NCBI GenBank assembly: GCA_030141605.1
Contig: JAQGDQ010000039.1
Location: forward strand, 124,001 to 188,000
Reading direction: 5' to 3'
DNA: 64,000 nucleotides
DNA from: Tubiluchus corallicola
Taxonomy: Eukaryota; Animalia; Priapulida
A model generated the notes under the pieces. The model ran no database searches, had not been told where the DNA came from, and saw nothing but the letters and a program-made list of their open reading frames with translations. Positions 56,201 through 64,000 of the stretch are shown piece by piece (position 1 is the first letter of the stretch; the number at the start of each line of letters is the position of its first letter). Position numbers and translations under genes: made by a program.

Positions 56201-58261
56201 TTTTTTTATTATTGTTATTTCCGTGATTTAAACCACTTGTCTGAGAATAGTGCTATTTTCTGTATTTAATGAGAAGGATTCTAAGATGTTAAACGTTACA
56301 ATAGAGCAGAAACAGTTTTAGAGCACTTTATTTACGTTCTTTAGGGTAAACTGATGACAGCCTTTGCTTTAGTAATACAGAATAAGAGGTAGAAAAACAG
56401 CTGAATCCATTTTTAAATCATTGGTAACTGACCTAGAATTATACATACGTACATACATACATACATACATACATACATACATACATACATACATACATAC
56501 ATACATACATACATACATACATAAAAACACAAATCAGTTTTACAGATAGTTAGATAACGAGAGATAGATCACAGATAGATGACGAGCACCTGATTAATGG
56601 CGATGCTCAGTAGCACGTACTGGATGACATAGTAATACCTGCTAACGAAATGTTTTTATTGTAATGTTGCAGCCAGGTCTCAATGAAGTCAACTGTACAC
56701 GTCTAACCTGCCCAGTATTACCTTGTCCGAAGGAGCAGTGGTTTAAAGTCAATCGAGGTGACTGCTGTCATCAGTGCAGACCAACCACAACGCCAAAGCC
56801 AACGACATCGCCACCAGAAGGTGTGCAAAGTCTGCAAGTAGAAGATGAATCTAGTCATGAGCGCCAATTGCCCAAAGGGGGTAAGATGTTCTAAATACAA
56901 CTATAATTACTAACTACTGCTGAATATAAAATCCACAAGATTTATGTTGAACAAATGGACAAAAATGATAAAATAACCAGGCACATCATTAGTGTGCTGT
57001 GTAGCTAAAATTGTAAGTTTCAAGTTGTTCTAGCTGTTATCTATCTTGAGTTCTTAAAAATACTGCACAAAGATTTTCCTTTATTCCATAAGAGAGGCCA
57101 TTACAGATATGTTACCTCCTAGGTCCTTATTTCTCTGAATAAGGCATTCTTTAGATAAGGTATCCATACAAACTCATGTCTCAATGTGAAATCACATCAT
57201 TCAAAGTTTCGAGAATGGATGTGAATTACTGTATCGAAATATTTTGCATTTCAGGTTGCTATTTTAAAGATGAATATCATGAAAATGGGGACAGTTGGCA
57301 CCCAAGAATTCCTCCATTTGGAGTCATGAAATGCATAACTTGTCGATGTAAGGACACACGGCATACTTGCAAGAAGGTCAGATGTCCAAAACTTCGCTGT
57401 CCAAAATGGGCACGAGTGCGAAATGAGAGTGGGTGCTGTCAGACATGTACAGGAGGTAAGAATAGTAGTTGTACTGAACATAATCTTTTTTGTTATTGAT
57501 TTGCTTCACCAATTAAAAAAATCTATATAGTGGTGACTTTTGTGTAGAAAGTTTCACTTGCCACCAAATCAACATCAACTCTGCTGCAAATGTTTGTGGT
57601 AAATATGGGTGTTTTAGGTATGCATGTTGTATATATGGCTAGGTAAAAATGCATGTAGTTGTGTTACTGCACAATTTGGAGACATACTCTAAGATTAGGA
57701 TCTATCAAACATTCAGCAAAAATGTTCCTCAAGCGGCCCTGATTGAGAAGTCTGCTTTTTCGAAAGCAAGCAGTTTCTACTGAGAAAATAAAGAGACAAG
57801 TTAAGCCACAAAGCCACTAAAAGTGCAAGTCGCATATTGATATTGTTTGCTTTCAGTCATCGTTCATGATTATTAAAGATTTAAAAGGAAACTTTTATGA
57901 GATGTAAAGTTGCCACAAGTCACAGCAAAAATTTTGACAGGACATCATCTAAATGAACTAATATGACCTTAGCTCCCTGACTACAGATGCAGCAACACAA
58001 CTTTGAATAGGCACATCATCAGATTTAACAGTGTAATCATTTTTTGCAATCTAGCGCCAATATCACAAACTGTGTACAAGGGACATCTGGTGACAACTTT
58101 ATTAAACTTTTTTGGGAGAACGTGCAAAAGTAAACGAAACTAAGTTCTCGTGTTTGACATTTATAGATGAAACTACGTGGAAGAACAAAAAGCTGCGGAG
58201 AAGAAAACGCAAACGTTCGAAGCAGCGGAAGTCTCGCCGACGGCGATTCCAGAAGGAATGA
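25266..58261 (+). CDS. CHRD: Chordin (short gastrulation orthologue), secreted BMP antagonist, 19 coding exons, ~939 aa
   Basis: Exons: 25266-25419, 33762-33865, 41513-41639, 44517-44585, 46777-46897, 50029-50116, 50342-50483, 51883-52118, 52557-52704, 52976-53206, 53396-53536, 53969-54192, 54736-54849, 55095-55268, 55444-55537, 55697-55845, 56673-56880, 57255-57455, 58167-58261. They total 2820 nt, are all GT-AG and give an open frame. Architecture: signal peptide; CR1 (GCSFGG..STW.P.LGE..GV..C..C.C, KVKCRNI..ECP.P.C..PVLLPGQCCK.CP); four CHRD repeats (FFALLTG, ICGVW, ETLSAVL, LSGADAL, GEVRGRI, LAGSNV.PPV.T, GLLRGRV); CR2-CR4 (WHPYIPPFG, WHPRIPPFGVMKC). Confidence 0.95.
26820..27270. repeat. 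~34-bp minisatellite in chordin intron 1
   Basis: Unit ~CAGAATCACTAATCGTTCGTAGGCACTATTTCAA, about 13 copies, with decaying copies in flanks ~26690-27530. Confidence 0.9.
29210..29270. repeat. (GA)n microsatellite
   Basis: About 30 GA units. Confidence 0.95.
29680..30700. repeat. (TCTTC)n microsatellite (~29913-30270) within a ~1-kb polypyrimidine tract
   Basis: A long pentamer run flanked by C/T-rich low-complexity sequence. It explains the spurious 332-aa and 320-aa ORFs. Confidence 0.95.
31485..31850. repeat. Compound (ATT/ATC/GTT)n and (AAAC)n-like simple repeats
   Basis: Trinucleotide runs at 31485-31632 and a degenerate AAAC/AGAC run at 31718-31850. Confidence 0.85.
34050..34543. mobile_element. 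~500-bp near-palindrome: inverted Penelope-like ends around an inner MITE-like hairpin (34187-34392)
   Basis: 34050-34180 is the reverse complement of 34405-34543 (e.g. CAAAATGGAATTTATTG..GGTTTCGAACA vs TGTTCGAAACCC..CAATAAATTCCATTTTG). Inner arms are CATTGTCTACCA..CCCTCTACTCCAAATTTTGG and CCAAAATTTGGAGTAGAGGG..TGGTAGATAATG. Confidence 0.8.
39536..39594 (+). mobile_element. tRNA-derived SINE head (Ile-AAT-like anticodon arm)
   Basis: A-box-like TAGCTTAGGTGATAGAGC, a stem TGGGA-GTAATAA-TCCCA and B-box GGTTCAAATCCC. The acceptor stem is degenerate. Confidence 0.5.
41645..42130. repeat. ~31-bp minisatellite starting 5 nt after chordin exon 3 donor
   Basis: Unit ~AGCCTAACCAGTTTATCTGTCTTCATTGTGT, about 15 copies. 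Confidence 0.9.
43001..43447. repeat. 29-bp minisatellite
   Basis: Unit AGTATACAATCACAAGGGAGAAACACAGA, about 15 near-identical copies. Confidence 0.95.
45524..46332. mobile_element. Foldback/MITE-like inverted repeat (~170-bp arms) in chordin intron 4
   Basis: 45524-45690 is the reverse complement of 46170-46332. The ORF track shows the same peptide GQPIHISFLSSKL on opposite strands. Confidence 0.75.
46945..47992. mobile_element. Foldback element with ~260-bp inverted arms in chordin intron 5
   Basis: 46945-47201 is the reverse complement of 47736-47992 (e.g. TTTATTGTTCGCCCAAAACAAAC / GTTTGTTTTGGGCGAACAATAAA; TTTACCTAAAACTTTTTTGATGGTG / CACCATCAAAAAAGTTTTAGGTAAA). Confidence 0.85.
51330..51397 (+). 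mobile_element. tRNA(Thr-TGT)-derived SINE head
   Basis: CTGC-CTTGTAA-GCAG anticodon arm followed by GAGAACCCTAGTTCAAATCC (B-box-like). Confidence 0.5.
56441..56523. repeat. (ACAT)n microsatellite
   Basis: About 20 ACAT units. Confidence 0.95.
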
Positions 58262-60718
58262 CTTCTAAAAAAGTTGTTATAATTTATAGAAGTTTGTTAA
58301 TCGATGTCAGTATTTCACCAAAGGTGCAGAGTCAATGACCAAGAGTTACAGTAGCAAGTTATGTGTAACTTGTCAGTTACAGCCAGGAGTTTGAAGGTGT
58401 ACAGAAGACGTTTTGAGCATGTGAGGAAAAACAGTTTGTAATATGAGATTTGTTTATAATGTCATTATAGAACCAGAACCAGGCCTACATTTTTTCTCTA
58501 TTACATAGTTGTTTTGTGGGCATTGGTGGTGCCACAGCAAATAAATTGATTAATTTGTCATCATGTAAAACATGAAGAAAGACACATTCAACTCTTTCAG
58601 TCCGAAGTTTAGTAACTGAAATCTTTTTATTGCACGAACGTTTTTCTCCTAAGATTCAAATCCTTCTTACAGATTTTGTTTCCTAATTGGTTACTGGCAC
58701 TAGTATTGTTTGCATAAGGTTAAATGTCAATGATTTCAAAGCCTTGGTTTTAGTTAATTAATTATAATATTGATCAATGTTTGCATACGTTGTCATAAAC
58801 AGAGCCAAACTCATTTTGTGTTGCTACTTCAGGTACTTCACTTAAGCCTCTGATAGCCTTGGCCTATTGTGCTCATATAAAAGGTGGAAGTAATGCTACA
58901 GTTTTTTTTAATAAAGTTTGGCCAAAAATTATAACATTTATTAATACATTCCAAACATGAGCAGCTTAGGCATGTCCTGTTTAAATATTAGCCACAATCT
59001 TTCATAATGTTCTGTCCAGACAAAGGAGCAAATTAAAGTTTCTGCTAACATATTTTTCATCTTTTGTAACTGTCCTCATCACATCCATACAATCATTTGT
59101 GCATTTAATTTCTTCCAGTTATCTAGAAGTCATCTCACTACTGTAGTTTGGCAAAATATTAGTGTTATTATTTAAATTTATTTAAAAAATCCTGTGTAAG
59201 TTTTAAAAAAGAAAGGAGCAGTTGCAAATGTCACAACTGTGATCGTAAATTGACATTTCATGTAATATAAGGTGTAATCATATTCATGAGATACATTTTC
59301 GGGACTACCTAGCCAAATTTTCTGGACGTTTGTAATGGCACGATTAGTGGTCGATCAACTGTTCATTTGCTTGATCTATATTTGTATATAATAAGTTATG
59401 GCCTGTGTAATAGATTAATATTATTGTAATATACATAATTATACATACTACAAGCAGTTTTTGTTTTGTTGAGATTGTGTTGTTCGTATGCTTCATTAGC
59501 TGTGCATTATTTTTCATGAAGCTATTAGATGCACATTTCTTTCTTCATGTCTGTTGCAGCGGTGTACTACCATTTGCACTTGACTCCCTTCTCCTGCCTA
59601 AAGAGACGTTTACCTAGCATCCGGTATGCGCACGCGGGAATAGATCAAATCGGTCTACACTGTTTCAATGCGCCCGTTTATCAGACGTTATTTGTTGTTT
59701 TTTAGCGGTATTGTTTGTCCAATTTCGTCAGTCTAAATTAGAAGAGAAATACACACATGTCAATTTCTTTAAGTTGTGGCTTCCCAGTACACACCGTTAT
59801 TCACTGATTTAACATTCTACCGTCTAGAGTTAGGTACTCGTAAAGTTTTAAAACGAAAGATACCTTGTCTGCTACTTGCTATTAGGATAAATTCGTAGTA
59901 CCACTAAAATGTAAAATGACGTGTACCGTAAGTTGCGGATTTTATGTTGACATCACTTCCTGTTAGATAACATCTCCATCAGTGATACCCTACTGCTAAA
60001 AACCACGGTGGTGCTTCTAATGACATGGTGACGCACTATCAAACGTGAGCACACCGACTAGACCAAATAGGAATTCTGATCAAGTAGAAATAGGGCATAT
60101 TTTGGTATTCGCTTTATGTGAATCCGTTGCAACCCATTGCTTTTGATGCCGTTTTCGTGTCATGTTAACAACGCCATGAATATTAAGTACTAAATGTAGG
60201 CCTACAAAGAGCTATGACTATTTTTGTCACAGCACTTTTCATTCTAGCAGCATCGGGTGTGTAATGTAACTGTAATTTTGACTTTCGAGAAACGTTTTGT
60301 GAAAGTAACTTATATATCAACAAAATAGAGATTATAGACGGAATCATATATGTTATAATAAAAAAAATTGTGTTTTTGTTCACTATTATACAGCAGCTTA
60401 CAGGTTCCATCTATAATCATTGTTTTATTAGCAACATTTTTAATAGTGGAGGGCAAACGTATTAAAACAACGCATATATTAAATAGTCAAATTGTATATT
60501 TCATAATTTTTTCAGTACTAACTTGCAATTTAAATTAATTTTGAAAAGGCCCAGCAACAAAAGTCAACATTTATAACAAATGCTAGAGTAGAATAACAAT
60601 ACAGTGAAATGATTTCCAAAAGTGTGCTGCAAATGTAATTGTAATGTCATTTGTATTGACATTATTTCGATGATGTACGCCATACATTATATTCCGATGC
60701 GTAACCAGCGATCATCCA

Positions 60719-63271
60719 CTATTGTGTCGAATTTGTGACTTGTCCCACCAAATTTTTGTCGTTAACATCGTACAAAACAATTTCCTGATCGTCGTCATTG
60801 CTAGCTTCACGGCTGTGACGGATTCCATACAAAAAATATATCATCATACCTGAAATAGATGGCGCTGCAAAGTTAGAAAAGCCATTTTCAAATCGCTGAA
60901 AGAATGAGTGGCAGTGACCAAATGTTAGTATTCTAAGCACTGGCGACTAGTAGTAAAGAATTGGAGAGCACTCGTATTATATCAAAGCCTTTCAATAATT
61001 ACTAAAATTGGATCTGTTTAATCAGCTAGCCTGTTCACAGTGATCATGTAGATTCAACGCATTAAATTAAACACACAAATTGAACACCCTTTCTTTAAAA
61101 ATACTACTTTGTTATATAAATGTTTGTTGATGTACTATAATGATTTTGACATATGGACAACATGCTCTTCTTTAACCATAATGTTTAGCAACAACAGCAG
61201 ATGAGGAAGATAATAGTATTAATAATAATGACAATCACAATGACGACTACAACAATGTCGAGATGATGATGACGATGATGGTGATGTGATGATGATGGTG
61301 ACGATGGTCTTGATTAATTTTAATTAATTAAATTAATTTTTTTATTAAGTTTTATACATTTTTGTAAAAGAAAATGGCAACATCTGTTTACCTATAACAA
61401 GAAAAACTCCGAAGCGTACCAGAGCGAGCAGAGGGAGTCTGACCACCAGAAAGATGTTGATAGCAACGGCGAGTAGAGGTATGAATGGAACAAACGGCAC
61501 GAGAAACGACGTGTCACTGTGATTTTGTGGCTGTCTCGCGATGAAAGCCACAAAAAAGAACATGATGGAAATAAGCACACACAATGTGACGACACACCAC
61601 CAATAATTGTCTCCCAATAAGCGGTCATTCTCAATTTTCAATATCACGCTCATTACCAACAACAACATTACAATTGTCACAGTTGATACATTCACAATTT
61701 TACTACTTCTATTATTTGCTTCTTCAAATTTCGTATCTCCTTTTATATCAGTCTCTACATTGTAGAAATTGTTATCTGATTTCGGTACTATGGCTCCATC
61801 GATTGTTGTTCTCGGTTCTTCGTATTTCTGATAAGTAAAAGATGGTTCTTTACCACTGCGGATTCTTGTAGTCAAACTTGCCAGTTTTTTGGAAGTGGAT
61901 GGTCCATTCTCATCAGCTATCACAATTTTCACTTTGGCAGGTATCTGGGTTACCGAATACTTGTTCCCAATCGGCATCGTTAACAGTTCGGAACTCTCGC
62001 TGAAGCTCTTTGACTTCCTCAAAGATGACAAGCTCTTCGATTTGCGCATCTTCATGCTATTGGGATTCTGAAGCACGCACACAGTGGTTTCCTCTTCCAC
62101 TTCTGTGGGACGCGACATAATAGAGGAAGACTGGGAAATTCCAGAAAGTCCAGTGGTTTCTCTGGATAAACTCCTTTTAGTGCTTCCAGAAGCCACCCCG
62201 ACCATGCCAGGTGTGTACCGGAGAACAATCACACATAGAGCCATACACGTGTAAGCAAGTAATGTGCCCACAGACAGCATATGTATGATATCATCCAGTC
62301 GCAGAACCAGTGCCACCGTTGAAGAAAAAATCCCGCTTAACATTATTGATACCCAAAGTGAGTTTGTCCTTGGCAACAATGTCTTAAAGAAGTTAAAGAT
62401 GAGACCATCTCGAGCCAGAGAGAACATCAGTCGTGGAAGCATAAATATTATGGAGATTAGTGAAGATGTCATTGCGATGAGACCTCCTGTAGCAACAATG
62501 TAACGCGCTCCCGCTATGTGGCGCTTGTCAAAGATGTTCGGCAGAGGTGCAAAGATGGAGAGTTCGGAACTTGGAATGACCAGCGTAGTAATGCACGTCA
62601 GACCAAATGTTAACTGAAATGAAAGAACATTACACAGTGAAATTGAAATACACGTGCAAGTGACGGGTGCTTGTGTAATTGACGTTGCCTATGCTTGAGG
62701 CTTACACATGCCACTCAATTATGCTTTCAATTTAACCCAAATTCACGCAAATACTAATGTCTTTTTCAAAACCTTTCGTTGTTTTGCGTGTTCCACAGAG
62801 CGAAAACTATAATCAGTACTTTTCTTTGATTTTTAAGAATTCTTAATGAATTGATGCTAGAAATTAAACGCACTTAAGCAATGTTGGATTTGCATCGTAA
62901 ATAAATGAATGGCCGTCACAAAAACATCGTCTGGGCAGTTTTGTCTGTTTCCAGCTATTTTTCTCGTTGAACGAGAATGCATGTACATCCGAATGTGACT
63001 AAGGGTTCATATCTAATCTTAGAGGCTCATGCTTGATGATGAATTCCGGTCCTGTTTCAACCACTAACATAGTAAGTAGATGGGCCCTCTCTATTAATTG
63101 TTGGTGGTAGTCATAGCAACTGATAAAACAACTTACAAGAAATGTGGAGACAAAAGTCAGGAAGATGGCTGCAGGTATTTGCTTGTTGGGCTTCCTTGCC
63201 TCTTCTGCAGAAATGCTGATGGCTTCAAAGCCGATGTACGAGTAAAAAACAATGGCGCCACCAGTCAAAAC
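60719..63271 (-). CDS. Cationic amino acid transporter (SLC7A/CAT family, APC superfamily), 3' exons only; gene begins beyond right edge
   Basis: Exons 63271-63137 (VLTGGAIVFYSYIGFEAISISAEEARKPNKQIPAAI), 62613-61392 (PRLMFSLARDGLIF, SVGTLLAYT, VLRY, FLVPFVPFIP) and 60849-60719 (IYFLYGIRHS, stop) are GT-AG with consistent phases. The motifs match CAT1-4/SLC7A14; the exact paralogue cannot be resolved. Confidence 0.92.
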
Positions 63272-63339
63272 CTAATGATACACAAATAGTAATTAGAGAA
63301 TATAAAATGCCTGCAAAATATCTAATAGCTTAATGGTAA

Positions 63340-63620
63340 AATGACGGTGACTGTGGCAATCAGCAAAGTAGGCAAAGGTAAAGGTGATGATGATGGCAAC
63401 GACAGTATTGACGAAGATGGTGATGACTATGATGATGATGAAGATGAAGAATGTTGTAGGGACGATTTTGACCCGGACGAGCATGAAGAAAAAGAAGCGG
63501 AAGTAGAAGAGGAAGAAAAAGAAGAAGCTGATGATGATAACAATGATGATGGCGACGATAATAATATTAATAAGAGTGACGAAGATAAGACAACAATGGT
63601 GCCGATGATAACAATAATAC
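63340..63620. repeat. (GAT/GAA)n low-complexity tract in SLC7 intron
   Basis: Trinucleotide-rich. It yields the acidic ORF 63341-63634, which has no splice support. Confidence 0.75.
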
Positions 63621-64000
63621 TAGGAGAACAATAGCGATAACTTTAACGAATCATTAGGTTTTTATTCATTTATTAGCACATATTTATACAGAATGAAAAA
63701 CTTATTGAGCTGGTCAATACAGTTTTTGCAGGTCCTGCAGCAGAATTTTGAATATACATGTAATTATGAATATAAAAATTTGCAAATTGATGAGTTGGTA
63801 CCAGTTTTAATAAGACGCTTCGCTATGTGCATGCGCAGTCGCCGTAGGTCAAAGGTTGACTGAACCCAGCGCGTCAACGAACACGTGACCTTATGCACGT
63901 AAGTAGGTGTAGATGGAACGGTAAGTACATGTAGGTGAAACGGATGAACACGTGGTTATTTTTATTATAATACTACACGTGTATAGTTTTAAACTAACAC

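Noticed and set aside
63341-63634. Acidic D/E-rich 97-aa ORF
   Set aside because: A GAT/GAA simple repeat antisense within the SLC7 intron. Similar tracts occur at ~17840-17990, 42440-42545 and 61200-61310.

Overview
AT-rich, intron-rich eukaryotic (invertebrate-like metazoan) genomic DNA. It is not prokaryotic, and most ORF-track entries are spurious or single exons. Manual GT-AG splicing with phase checks gives four genes. (1) The 5' part of a minus-strand CCDC180/DUF4455-like coiled-coil gene (4 exons, 4104-715, running off the left edge). (2) A complete UBE2J2/Ubc6-type ER-anchored E2 (7 exons, 10174-18280, 239 aa). (3) A complete chordin/sog gene (19 coding exons, 25266-58261, ~939 aa: signal peptide, CR1, 4 CHRD domains, CR2-CR4, then an unusual separately encoded polybasic tail). 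(4) The 3' part of a minus-strand SLC7/CAT-type cationic amino acid transporter (63271-60719). Introns and intergenic DNA contain an L2/CR1-type LINE 3' end interrupted by a TGT..ACA element with a 5-bp TSD, several MITE/foldback palindromes, Penelope-like ends with minimal hammerhead-ribozyme-like motifs, tRNA-derived SINE heads, three minisatellites and many microsatellites. No CRISPR or other prokaryotic-style system is supported. The best novelty candidates are the chordin basic tail, the hammerhead-like motifs around chordin exon 2 and E-box clusters.
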